DNA of 64,000 nt from Camelus ferus (lineage: Eukaryota): positions 49,912,001 to 49,976,000 of the forward strand of contig NC_045697.1 in NCBI RefSeq assembly GCF_009834535.1, read 5' to 3'. This document shows positions 12,651 to 25,314 of the stretch, in pieces (position 1 is the stretch's first letter; the number at the start of each line of letters is the position of its first letter). Position numbers and translations under genes: made by a program. Below the pieces are notes generated by a model. It was not told where the DNA came from, searched no databases, and saw only the letters and a program-made list of their open reading frames with translations.

Positions 12651-13635
12651 CCTCTTGACATTTTGTTTCTTTCAAGAATTATTTAAACCTTCAACAACAC
12701 CCATACTTCAGATAATAAAGATCTTAGAGAATAAGCAAGAGAAGGCTCCTGTGCTTATATTCAATAGCTTTTAATTTTGTTTCTTATTCATTTCATGGGC
12801 AATAACTACCAGCCATATCTATCTGTAGCCTGAGCCCCCACCTCTCCTCCTTGACGTGCTTAGTCTAATTGGAATCCACAGAGGTCATTCTTTTGCTGTA
12901 CCTATTAACTTATGTTTCATTTGCAACATTGCCCTATTAGAATCGTGGAGATTATTTACTTGGGTTTTCAAATCAGATTTCCTGCAACTCTGCTCAAGGC
13001 AACCTTATTTTCCCAGTAGAACAATCATGTATTTTCAGTGAGTGGTCATAAATATTGAAGAGTTAGTTCCTGGCTAATTTAAAAGAATAAAGGATGGAAC
13101 ATCCTTCAAATTTTATTCTGACCTAATTTTGGTTGAGTAAGCTGTTTGCAGAGGTCACATCTGAAAACAATGTCAAAAAGAGCTCTAAGGGGAGTATTTA
13201 CAAGTTTGGCTGTGTGTGTGTTTGTGTGTGTGTGTGCATGCACTCGCACGCTCGTTTCTACATTTGTAAAAGAAATGATAAATTAAAACAGGAAAGCATT
13301 AAAACAACCAGAGAGAATAAAATGCCCAATTCTTTTTTCTTAGTACTATATGGTGATCACTGATAGTCCTCACCACTCACCCGAGGCTCTGCACGTTTCT
13401 GAGGATTTGTGAATTACCAAAGAAGGAAGAAGTCTATCTTCGTTTGGTTTTATGGTCAGTTATGTTTTCTTAGGGTCCCAAGTTCTGCAAGTTAGACAAT
13501 ATGAAATATTATAAATTTAGGAATATTATTAACAAGAACATTTTAAAACCTAGATGACCCCATCCTACAACTTTTTTGAATTAAATGAAGTTGATTAAAC
13601 TATGATTTAAACAGTGTCATCTATCATATATTTTA

Positions 13636-15816
13636 TTTTTCAATTTTATTTATTTTTAAAGTTTTTGCTGGTGAATTTTTTAGCACCTTTATTGTGGCAT
13701 GATTTCTGTACAGTAAACTACACATATTTCAGATGTACAATTTGATGAATTTTGATAGATGTATACACCAATGAAACCACCACCACAAGTAAGATAGCTA
13801 ACATTTCCATCACTCCCCAAGAGGTGCAAATTTTGAATTCCTAATTATTCCTTTGCACCCTCTTTACCCACTGATAACCATAAGTTTGTTCTCTATGTCT
13901 GTGAGTCTGTTTCTGTTTTGTAGCTAAGTTCATTGGTGTCTTTTTTTTTTTTTTTTTAGATTCCACATATAAGCAATGTCATGTGGTATTTTTCTTTCTC
14001 TTTCTGACTTACTTCACTTAGAATGACAATCTCCAGGTCCACCCATGTTGCTGCAAGTGGCGTTATTTTATTCTTTTTTATGGCTGAGTAGTATTCCATT
14101 GTATACATATATACCACATCTTCTTTACCCAGTCATCTGTTGATGGACACTTAGGTTGTTTCCATGTCTTGGATATTGTAAATAGTGCTGCTGTGAACAT
14201 TGGGGTGCATGTGTCTTTTCAAATTATATTTTTCTCCAGATATATGCCCAGGAGTGGGATTGCTGGCTCACAGGGTAAGTTTATTTTTAGTTTTTTAAGG
14301 AACCTCCATATTGTCCTTCATAGTGGCTGCACTAATTTACATTTCCACCAGTGGTGTAGGAGGGTCCCTTTTTCTCCACACCCTCTCCAGCATTTGTCAT
14401 TTGTGGACTTTTTAATGATGGCCATTCTGACTGGTGTGAGGTGATGTCTCATTGTAGTTTTGATTTGCATTTCTCTAACAGTTAGTGATACTGAGCATCT
14501 TTCCATGTTCTTGTTGGCCATCTGTATGTCTTCTTTGGAGAAAAGTCTGTTTAGATCTTCTGCCCATTTTTTGATTGGGCTGCTTTTTTTTTTTTTTTTT
14601 TGATATTAAGCTATACATAGAGCTGTTTGTGTATTTTGAAAATTAGTCTCTTGTCAGTTGTATCATTTGAAAATATTTTCTCCCATTCTGTAGATTGTCT
14701 TTTCATTTTATTGATGATATCCTTAGCTGTACAAAAGCTTTGAAGTTTGATTAGATCCCATTTGTTAGTTTGTTTGCTTGTTTTTGCTTTTATTTCCATT
14801 TTTCTAGGAGCTGGTTGGAAAAAAAAATATTGCTGTGATTTATGTCGAAGAGTGTTCTCTCTGTTTTCCTCCAGGAGTTTTATAGTATCTAGTCTTACAT
14901 TTAAATCTTTAATCCATTTTGAGTTTATTTTTGTTTATGGTGTTAGAGAATGTTCTAATTTCAGTATTTTACAGGTAGCTGTCCAGTTTTCCCAGCATCA
15001 ATTATTGAAGAGACTGTCTTTTCTCCATTGTATATTTTTGCCTCCTTTTCCATAGATTAATTGACCATAAGTGGGTGGGTTTATTTCTGGACTTTTTAAT
15101 CCTGTTTCATTGATCTATGTGTCTGATTTTGTGTCAGTACCATACTGTTTTGATCACTGTAGCTTTGTAGTATAGTCTGAAGTCAGGAAGCATGATTTCC
15201 CCCAGCTCTGTTCTTTTTCAAGACTGTTTTGGCTATTTGGGATCTTTTATGTTTCCAGGCAAATTTTATCATTTTTTGTTTCAGCTCTGTGAAAAATGTC
15301 ATTGGTAATTTGATAGGGATTGCACTGAATCTGTATATTGCCTTGGGTAGTATGGCCATTTTAACAATATTGATTCTTCTAATCCAAGAACACAGTATAT
15401 ATTTCCATCTGTTTAGTTTCATCAGTGTCTTATAGTTTTTGGATTACAGGTCCTTTGCCTCCTTGGGTAGGTTTATTCCTAGGTATTTTATTTTTTTTGG
15501 TACAATGATAAATGGGGTTGTTTCCTTAATTTCTTTTTTTGCTATTTCATTGTTAGTGTATAGAAATGCAACTGATTTCTGTATGTTAATTTTGTATCCT
15601 GCAACTTTGCCAAATTCATTGATGAGTTCTAGGAGTTTTCTGGTCGCTTCTTTATGGTTTTCTATATATAGTATCCGTGAACAGTGTCATCCATGAACAG
15701 TGACAGTTTTACTTTTTTTCCAATTTGGATTCCCTTTATTTCTTTTTCTTCTCTGATTGCTATGGCTAGGACTTCCAAAACTATGTTGAATAAAAGTGGC
15801 AAGAATGGACATCCTT
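13636..15816 (-). mobile_element. 5'-truncated LINE-1 (degenerate ORF2 RT to C-terminus, partial 3'UTR) with an older-type 3' terminus
   Basis: Minus-strand ORF fragments '[20 protein letters not shown]', 'NKWDLIKLQSFCTAK', '[19 protein letters not shown]' are L1 ORF2. Probable 14-bp TSD tatcatatatttta (13622-13635) / tatcctatatttta (15817-15830). Confidence 0.95.
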
Positions 15817-15955
15817 TATCCTATATTTTAATGTCCTAACTTATATGTCTTGACCATCTTGTTCTGTAGCAGTTGTTATTAATGCCAATTAAAATGTTTC
15901 TCCCATTTATCTTTTTCCCCATTACACTGCTACCTACATGGTGCAAACATTTCTC

Positions 15956-15965
15956 TGTGTGTGTA

Positions 15966-16020
<55 letters not shown>
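15956..16020. repeat. (TG)n microsatellite
   Basis: Long TG run, perfect over about 15970-16020. Confidence 0.97.
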
Positions 16021-16022
<2 letters not shown>

Positions 16023-16199
16023 ATTGAAAACATGATTCCTGCTGGTGCCTGCAGTTCCTTTGCTGGAATTAGAAAAGGTACCCCCTCTGGGTGGACAAAT
16101 TAGAAAAAGTTGCTCTTTCCTCCACTTCCTCTCTCAGTTGTGTCCTTTTCTATAAAACCTGTGTGACTGTATGCATTTGATTATAGATTGTGAGATATT

Positions 16200-16575
16200 T
16201 ATAAGGCCTTAAAATTGATGCCTGAATTAGTCACTTAACCTCATAATTGGTCTCCTTGCCTTCAGCCTTTTGCCATTCCAATTTGTCTCATACATGCTTC
16301 ATTATCCTTCATCTTCAAACAGCTTTTGCCACCCCATCTCCTTATGCAATGCCCTCAGTGTCTTCTTATGCCTCACCTGTTTCTCATAACCTTCATGAGT
16401 CTGGCTCTGTGACATCCTTTTGTAGCCTTAACTCTCACCCTTCCTCAGTATCGACCCTACACTCTTGTCAGGCTGGTTTACTTAGCACTTACCAAGCCTG
16501 TCTTGTCACACCTACCCCAAAGATGCCATTCCTCTTATCTGGACCACTCCCCTTTATTTCCAATGTCTAGCTAAT
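16200..16575 (+). mobile_element. L2 remnant
   Basis: 'cctcataattggtctccttgccttcag...ccattccaattt' resembles the L2 pyrimidine-rich 3' region. Confidence 0.55.
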
Positions 16576-17077
16576 TTAAAAGAATACGAATGGGGCATCC
16601 TTCAAACTTAAGCAGTGCCATGCATTCTGGTACCAAGTTTTTATCAATGTGCAAAATTAATTTTTATTATAACTAAGTAGACATTCTGACCCTGTGAAAG
16701 ATTCTACTGAAACACAGTCCAACCCTAAGTCAATATCAAGGGAAGAGGGCAGATTTAGCTGAACATTTAAGAACTTTGCTTGATGAGAACATGGTCAAGA
16801 CAGTAGACAAGAGAGGGATAACAAGATGAAGGGTGAATGAAGAATAAGGGGTAAGTGGAGAAGAACTTTTTAGTTTAATAAAACTTGATTTAAATAGAAA
16901 ATGGTATTTACTTTTTAAGACCTTCAAGTATTCTGGTGAAAAATTCCAATATGAGAAAGGGAACTGTGAAGACAAAAGAGGTTCACTACTTCTAATCTGT
17001 CTCAGATATTTGCATCCAGATGAATGCCTGCTGATTTCTTTTGCCCATTACAATGTCTCCCCCCACTGTAAGCACCA

Positions 17078-17520
17078 ATATCATGGATTTTCTGCCTCAT
17101 TCTGGAGTAGGTGATGTCAGTGCTCTGTCCACACCCCTCCACCTAGCGCAGAAGTCACCTCTCTTACACACTGACAGCTTCCTGCATCTCTCTGCCTGAT
17201 GATGTTCTCTCACCTGGGCTTATCTCTGGTCCATGTTCAGTGTAGGTCAGAGTGTCAGGAAATTAACATCTTAGGAGCTACCCTCAAAAAGTGGGGGATA
17301 GGAGTTGAAAAATATTGTATTTGCCAACCCTGCAGTAGGATAATCTTCAAATGTGTTCCACACAGTGTCTCAGAGGTTTCCAGTAGCATTTAATCCCAGT
17401 TACCCACAGTGGCCACCTACTCAATCACACACCCTATTGACTTTCCTTCCCCATCTTGCTGCTCCACTCCCTCCCAGCACTTCCTGGAACCGTCTTCCAA
17501 ACAAGTTATTTGTTCCTGAC
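17078..17520 (+). mobile_element. ERVL solo LTR (LTR16-like)
   Basis: 'gacagcttcctgcatctctctgcctga', 'ggaaattaacatcttaggagctaccctcaa', 'cccagttacccacagtgg', 'cacttcctggaaccgtcttccaaacaagttatttgt'. Confidence 0.7.
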
Positions 17521-18739
17521 ACCTTCATTAGTATTATGTCTCATTTCCTTCCTACTTTCCTTCTTCCATGTTTTATCTCCCTGAGGATTATTCCAGTCCC
17601 AGCCACAACACACACCCTTCATAGAGCACTGTGGTCATAGTAGCTAATAGGATGTATTAGTTGATCACATCAACCCTGGAATGAAGAAAACCCTGATGGA
17701 TTTTTCTGGGTATTGATTCCGATGGCATTTTAAATATAAGGGATTTTATTTCTAAAGTAAAGGATTTCCTCTTGTACTACTTTCAAAGAAAGGTTTTTAA
17801 ATATCAAGTGATTTGATAGATTTTTCTTTTCATACCTGACTGCATCCTTCATAGCTTGTTAACCATGTCACTTTGATTCTATTGCTGTTATTATCTCTCT
17901 TGCTGTTTATGTATTTTATCTTGCCTCCTGCCTCAGGCAGAAGTTGACGGTCACAATTAGTGGGGCCAAGGCATACTGGGGGACTCCAGGTGTCCTCAGC
18001 TCTGTAGGCTACCTGCCGATAGCCTGGAGAGCTTCGGACAGGGAGCCAGTACTTCCCTGCTTCTAGGATATTATACACAATGCACCACCACAATTTCCTG
18101 GTAGCGTCTAGAAAATCTGATTAGAAATTCATTCAAAGCAGGTATTTTTCCACTGCATTTCAAGCCCATCTCTTTGGTCATAGCAGAGATTTAACAAGAA
18201 GAGGGGCAGGGATGACAGTTGCTTAATTGCCATTTTAGAGCACAGAAGAGCATGGTATTGAGAAAAGTAAACGATTGTCTTAGAACTATTCTCAGTGTGT
18301 TCTCTTACGATTATTAGATCTTCAGGGTGATTTTAAAATTTACATCTATTTACCTTATGTTCTTGTCATGAACCCTGGTAAAGGGGTGAAATACATAGGA
18401 TTTTGTTATTATTCCTTGGCCGAGGTGATGCCAATCAGTCCTAATTGGTCTCCCTGAGGCAATATAATAATGAATGTTTAGTTTCAAATCTTGCATTAGT
18501 TTAGTCTTGGGTACACACACTGTCATGTGGCCATCTACCATTTTTAGTGTGCTGACTGATCAGAGTTCTCATGTGTGACATTGTACACAGAACAGTGCTT
18601 CCCTGAATGTAGATTTTCCTTTTCTCTCCCCTCCTTCCCCTCCTCCTCCTTTTTATTTTTTAGGTTCTTTAAGGGTCAACTTCTTTTTACTGGAGGGTGA
18701 GCATCTTACTCCCAGGAGGAAAACTTGAAATGTTTCTCA

Positions 18740-19220
18740 TTATTTTTATTTATTTATTTATGTAAATTGAAGTATAGTCAGTTTAGTGATAGTTTCTGGT
18801 GTACAGCATAGTAAGTCAGCTATATATATTTGTATATATTCTCTTTCATATTCTTTTTCATTATTGACGATTTCAAGGTTTTGAATAGAGTTCCCTGTGC
18901 TGTACAGTAGGATCTTGTTGCTTATCTATTTTATATATAGTAGTTAGTATCTTCAAATCTTGAACTCCCAATTTATCCCTCCACTTATCCCTTTCCCCCT
19001 GGTATGCATAAGTTTGTTTTCTATGTCTGTGAGTCTGTTTCTATTTTGTAAATAAGTTCATTTGTGTCATTTTTTTTTTTAGATTCTACATCTGTGATGT
19101 CATATGGTATATTTCTTTCTTTTTCTGTCTTGCTTGACTTAGTATGACAATCTCTAGTTCCATCCATGTTGCTGTAAATGACATTATTTGATTCTTTTTT
19201 ATGGCTGAGTAGCATTCCAT
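18740..19220 (-). mobile_element. Short lineage-specific LINE-1 3' fragment
   Basis: (ttta)n tail, 'aattgaagtatagtcagttt', 'gttccctgtgctgtacagtagg', 'ctatgtctgtgagtctgtttct'. Reverse-complement match to 35600-36025 in this window. Confidence 0.9.
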
Positions 19221-20924
19221 CATTTTTGATTAGCTTCTTTCAGCTAACCAGCACAATGATATCTTACACGTGGTCAGCTCTCAGTAAATACCTGCTGAAT
19301 AAATTAATCACCCAAAGATTGGATCCCGGCAACCAAGTGTAATATAAACACCTACATTTACATAACTGTGCCTTCTGTGCCCACCTGTCTTCTGGAGGCT
19401 ATTGCTACTGTTGTATTTACCAGCCAAAATTGTGATGGTTACATCTAAATTTAGAAATCTGAGACTTCATATCCAAGTTTATGTTCAGATATGAAGGACC
19501 TAGAGCAACTGTTTGCTTTCTGATATGCCCTAAGGAAAAAGCATTAAATAGAAGTCAAGAAAGCTGTGCTCTAGCTCTCGTTCTGTCACTAAAAATCTAT
19601 GATTGCTTTTGCTTCAGGGACCTTGTTTGTAAAATGAGGAGATTTGCATCAACGACCTACACTGTCTTCTGTCAAAGAATCAATGAGTTTAGGATCTTCT
19701 GTAAAGAACAAGAAGAGGCAGACTTTAAAAATTCCTCTTCATTGAAATGTCCAATCTTCTGAAAACAAAAAGAAGTTACTAACACTCTGTAACCAGGATG
19801 GTTCTGAGCTGTTCTTCCACTTGACACATGGGTCTTTCTAGTTACCTGCATTACAGGAATGTGGTTTCTATCCTTGCACTGTCTGCTAATTATAATGAAA
19901 AGCTGGGAAAGGGGGAAGAGCAGAAATCCTGTTTCCTGAAACATTTCTTAAGGGGCAGAGGAAATGAATTTGTTCTGATGTTTCATTGTCAGGAAAACAT
20001 TTACTTAATCCCTTCATCACATAGTCTGATTACTCTCATTCTGTTTCAGCTCAATATTTCTGTTTCAGATACTCAAATGGCATTTCTAGATGGTTGAATG
20101 CTCTAAGGTATGATGCTTCTTTCCATAAGCAATCTTTACCCTCCTTACCTCCCACATCCTACATACTTGGCTTTTATAGTTGTTTATTGTAAGTTTTAAA
20201 AATAATAGGTGATTGTTTTGATTTGTTCTTTAACTAATACTTGACACTCGTGAGGGATGTTTTGTTTCTATATCCCAAGTCATGCCACATTCTTGGTAGA
20301 AATCTGCTTTAAAGGTTGACAGGGATTTCTTCCCTCAGTCAGTGCTAGGTCAGTGACAGTGATGAGCCCATTGCACTTGTCCTTAATTTGATATAATTAA
20401 GATTCCACAGCATCCTTTGGTTTGTTTCCTTTTGTGTCACCTGGTTAGAGGGAGCAGAGACAACTGTGACTTGTGCTAAAAGCCAGAAAATGGGCACATT
20501 TCATTCTGCTGACTGCTGCTGCCTACAGCTCCGAAGCCAGCATAATTCATCTATTTTAAAGGTTTAAGGGAAGGGATTTGCAGGATATGGTGGGTGATTT
20601 TTATTATAGTCCTTCAAGGAGCATCTGCCACTGAAATGAAGGTAGGAAAATGGAGATAAGTGTAACTGGCCTTACACTGTGAGTCAGTTTCCTAGTCAGA
20701 TTTATGCTCACAGGCCTTGATTTTAAAACTCATCGACTCTTCTATAGACCCACAGCCTGCCACTGTCACAATCACAGTCACTCCCATCAGTGCCAGAACT
20801 CCCACTGTTTTAAATCTGACAACCATCATTTTGGCTGCATCATCATTACCATCCCCTCTTCACCCTATAATTCATTTCTTAAGAGCATCATGATCAAAAT
20901 TTTATGATAAAACAGTCTAAAATA

Positions 20925-21150
20925 ATAATAATATCTATTAAATGCTTATGACGTGTCCATAGTGCTTTACAGATGATGACTTACTTAATCCTCACAACAG
21001 CTTTATGGACTGAGTAATGTTATTAACCGCATTTCGCAGATGTAGAAGTTAAGGCTTGTGGAGTTAAGTAACCTACCCAAAGTCATACAGCTAGTGGCAG
21101 AACCTGGATTTTAAACCAGGCTCAGAATCAGAATTTTTAGCCACTATACT
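20925..21150 (-). mobile_element. MIR SINE remnant
   Basis: 'ttaatcctcacaacagctttatgg...gagttaagtaacctacccaaagtcatacagctagtggcagaacctggatttt'. Confidence 0.8.
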
Positions 21151-21296
21151 AAACAAAGATTTGTTTGCTGGGAATACTTGGATTTGAAGTTTGAATGGGT
21201 TAGTCACTCACAAACACCCAAAGCACTACTTTGGATAACAACTAGTGAACTTGTACAATGTAATTCCCTTTGAATTTGTCAAGTTAGGGTAAAGTA

Positions 21297-21605
21297 TGTA
21301 CCAGGGACAAACAAACCCTGAACTATCAGTGGCTAAGCATTACAAAGATCTGTTTCTTGCTCCCATAGAGTCCAATGCAGATTGCCTGGCATTCTAGGGC
21401 ACTGCACCGTCCTACAGCAGCTCAGGGACCCCAGCTCTCTGCAGGGTTGCTGATGCAAGAAAGCATGGAAAACTTATTTCAGGACCTCAAATGGAGAGTA
21501 CATACTTCACATCTATTCACAGCCAGAACCAGGCACAGGGGCCCAACCTAACCACAAGGAAGCTGGGAAGTGTAGGAAAGGACAGCAGCACTACCGTCTC
21601 TGTTG
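21297..21605 (-). mobile_element. MaLR LTR remnant (MLT1J/K/L-like)
   Basis: 'tcagtggctaagcattacaaagatctgtttcttgctc', 'cacaggggcccaacctaaccacaaggaagctgggaagtgtagg'. Confidence 0.55.
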
Positions 21606-23129
21606 TACTGCTAGATGAACATAATCTATTCAAGTAAATAGTTCATAAATTAGTATACCCATAACTGGAATGCCATGAGATCCTGAATATTTCTACTTTA
21701 GGAATCCAAGTCTCTTACTTACTTGTGACAATTCTTCTTTCATCTAAAAAATGTACGGACTTGATAAACTCTTATGGGATATTGCAGTACCCCAAAGCTT
21801 GGGCTGATGCCTTCCTAAGTGATGATTTATATAATTAACCACAGGAGCAGAAAAGAAGACGTGAAATTTTCAAAAATCTTTCTATTTTGCTCCGACACGT
21901 CACTTGCTGCTCTGATATTTCTAGGTATTAAAGAATAAAGGAAGCCCCACCTCTCAGAGCTCCACATAAGAAAAGAAGAGTTATAACTGGATCTCATCAC
22001 TGTCATTACGTTTGGTATCAAAGAGGGAGACATGCCATCTAGCCTACAGGGAAGAAGCCAGGTTGTGTCCAGGGAGCTTGCTGAAGAGCACACCTCTCTT
22101 TGTCCAACATTCCTGATTTGGTGGAGTAGTCCTTACTGTTTAGCCTTTGGAAATAAATCAAGGAAAGAAATTTCACCAGCAGAATGCTGAAAAACTAAAA
22201 CTGGAGATATTTGATTATTACTTAGTATTATTTTGAGTAGAGAATAAAAAGCACTGTTGTAAATTTCTCAGACTGGTATCTGTCTCCTAGACTCCTAAGT
22301 CTTTGATTCACTGCCTTAAATTAGAGTCTGGCCAAGAGAAAGGCGTTGAATCTAACCTTTGGGTAGATAAAGGACACTGGAAGTTCTCAGGGTGCTTCCA
22401 TCTTTGTGGACAGTACCCTGGATGGTAGAGCTAATTACACTTACACTCAAGCCATCTCAAGGTCAGTCTGCAGGGATCACTGATCTGGCCCTCTAAGGAA
22501 TCACCCATGATCTCATGTCTCACATCTCAGTCACGGGTGCTCAGCTAAGTGAAGAAGGCATGGACCTCCAAGTTTTGCCCTAGGGCTAGAGCCACATCTC
22601 TTGGCTCAAACTTAGCAACTTTAAATACTGGCATTCCTCCAAAAAATAAGACATCGTGTAATCTGCTTATCTCCCAAACAGGTAAATGACCAGGTGCACT
22701 GCTTGTAGATTTTCTGTTGTAGTTGCTACCTCCCAGAGTTTTTTCCTGGAGATGGAGATTTGGAAAAGGCACAGTTCCTTATCCTTCCTGTCACTCTGTT
22801 TGTTCCCATTTGGTTAGCTGGCTAGACCACAGAACTATTTTCTGTACTGTGAAAACATCTCGTGGCACAAACTCTTCTCAAAAAGTTAAGTTACACGTGC
22901 ATGATCATGTACTTAAGCTAGCTTGCTATCTTTATCTTCAGGCTGTTCTTTCTTTGCCTTTTCCAGTTAGTGTATAATAACTTTATTTTTCCATTTCACC
23001 ATCAATCCCTTCTTTTACAATTGCACAAAAGATTCTCCAGTCCTCTGTCTTGTTTACTTCTGGTCCATCAAGTCAGGTTTATTCTCAAGAGAGGGGCTCT
23101 GATTATGTCAACTGTCTATGAAGTTCCTT

Positions 23130-23131
<2 letters not shown>

Positions 23132-23170
<39 letters not shown>
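23132..23170. repeat. (CA)n microsatellite
   Basis: Perfect AC run. Confidence 0.97.
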
Positions 23171-23171
<1 letters not shown>

Positions 23172-23482
23172 TTATTTACAGTAGATTAACAATATGTTGG
23201 TAAATAATAGACTTAGTTCATCAGTCTTTGTTGTGAGTCAGTCTTAGGTTATGTTTGTACATATGCTAGAACTACTTGAACTCTTTAAACACTGTAAACA
23301 GAATTGGGGAGAATAGAAACAGACTCTGTGCTTGGTGGGAAGGAGGCCTCTGTAAATAGGAAACTGGGTAAATATTATTCCCTAGAGATGAATGACCTAA
23401 ACTTGAAAGGAAGGTCCAGGAACTGAAATATACAGAGGGAACATTCTTCCTCAATGTCCGATGAAGCTGAAAGAGAAAAAAA

Positions 23483-23732
23483 TTTCTTTCTCTGCAGCTT
23501 CACTGAGGTACACTTCACAAATAAAACTGTAAGATAAAGGGTACAACATGCTGATTTGATAATGGAACTCACAGAAACAGAGACTATAAAAGTGGTTGCC
23601 AGGGGCTGAGGGGGTGTGGGAGATGGGGAGAGCTTAGTAAAAGGGCACAAACTTTCAGTTATAAGATGAAGAAGGTCTGAGGATCTAGTGTATAACATTA
23701 GACTATAGTTGGTAACACCATCAGTATAATAG
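23483..23732. mobile_element. Short LINE-1 3'UTR insertion with internal inversion
   Basis: 23483-23561 matches 56218-56285 in the same orientation. 23562-23730 matches about 56400-56555 in the opposite orientation. Confidence 0.75.
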
Positions 23733-25011
23733 AAATCATTTTAATTCAGTTTCAGAATAAGAGCGTGGGAAGACTAGTGATGGAAAATGGGGATATCTGA
23801 GGAGCTGAGCTAAAAATATACAAGTGTAATTAAGATTGAGAAATAAAATAATAAACTAGGAAAGCGAATTTAAAGGTTTAGCTGTGTCCAGCTAGTTTAA
23901 GTGCAAGACTGGATAGTCAATAGTAGTATTTTCTGCAAGGAAGTTAAATTTTTTATCCTGTCTAGTTTCTATCACTCTACCTAATCTGAAGCCCAAGGAT
24001 CAAATGAAAACAAAGCCTTTTATTATAAAGTGGGCATGAGGAGAAGTATCAAGCTTGTCTCTCACACATGATTAGGGCTGACCAGGGGCAGACAGAACCA
24101 TGGCCATGTGCACAATCAGCTTGTGAGCCAGCCTCTCGATAGCATGATTGAGGCCATGGACATTCCTGGGTCTCAGCCAGCACAAAGCAAAGCAGTCAGG
24201 CTGTATGTCAGAAAGCCCCAGTTGGAGGAATTCTTTAGTGACCGCTTTGCCAACATGTATGTGAATATATCATAAGTACTGTCAAATATAGTTTTTTCAT
24301 TAACACCATTATTGCCTTTTCAGTAGACTTTTTCACTAGATCTTGTTTTGCATTCTGATTGGTTATGGAGTAGTTCTAAGCTTCAAATATTACTCTGGAA
24401 GAAAAGAATGTTCTCCCTCTCCCTTTGTCATTTCATTTCCCTAAAACTGCAATCTCTTAGTTTACTGAAGAGGGATTCTTTTTCTGCAACAGGAAGATTA
24501 GTTAACTGACTCAGTCATATTTTCCCATAAATGGCAACATGAGCTGTCCTGAGATTTATTTTTAGGTACTGGATTAGTCTTAGAATGTGAGTTCTGCACT
24601 GTGGGAAAGAATGGCATGACCCCACTAAGATGTGAACTCTGCTTTGTCACCATGGTTACCATTTGATCATCTTAACTTGCATACTTGGAGTCCAAAGGAA
24701 TACATCTAAATAACATCCTGTATAGAAGACAGGAGTCAAAATACAAAATACATTGTCCTTTATATGAGCAAATATGAACCAGGCATGGGCTGTAGGACAA
24801 AAATGCCTGCAGAACAAAAAGAAGCAGAGGTACGTTTTGCCAGACAATGCAAAATTTAGATTGGTCTTTACAATTTATTGTTCAGGAAATGTAGATTTCA
24901 GAACTGCTTAGTAAAAGTAGAAGCGTGATGATAAATGCAACAGTCCAAGTGTTTTATGGAGTGGTCCATATGGAGCATTTTTACCTGTATCTTGTTGCAT
25001 TAAAAAAATTG

Positions 25012-25053
25012 TCTATAGTATCTAGCCCAATATCTATAGTACCTAGCCCAGAT
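25012..25053. repeat. 21-bp tandem duplication
   Basis: tctatagtatctagcccaata / tctatagtacctagcccagat. Confidence 0.85.
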
Positions 25054-25126
25054 ATTGGCATCCTATTTCCTTTGCATTCCTTATTAAAAACATCAGCCTG
25101 AAAATGGAATACAAATAGACTTTCTT

Positions 25127-25314
25127 GATAAACAACAAGTTCATACTGCATAGCATAGAAAAGTATATTCTGTATCTTGTAGTAACTTATGGTGAAAAAG
25201 GATATGAAAACGAATATATGTATGTTCATGTATGACTGAAGCATTATGCCATACACCAGAAACTGACACAACATTGTAAACTGACTATACTGCAATAAAA
25301 AATACATATGCAAA
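25127..25314 (+). mobile_element. 188-bp LINE-1 3' terminal insertion
   Basis: Matches 35853-36025. Perfect 14-bp TSD aaatagactttctt at 25113-25126 and 25315-25328. Confidence 0.93.

Noticed and set aside
14169..15696. Plus-strand ORFs of 68-102 aa
   Set aside because: Antisense frames of the minus-strand L1.
15836..16103. ORFs with THTHTH / CVCVCV repeats (also 13133-13363 and 26300-26560)
   Set aside because: Translations of (TG)n/(CA)n microsatellites.
21850..22150. Possible exon after 'ctctgatatttctag' acceptor
   Set aside because: No sustained plus-strand ORF, no recognisable product and no clear donor.
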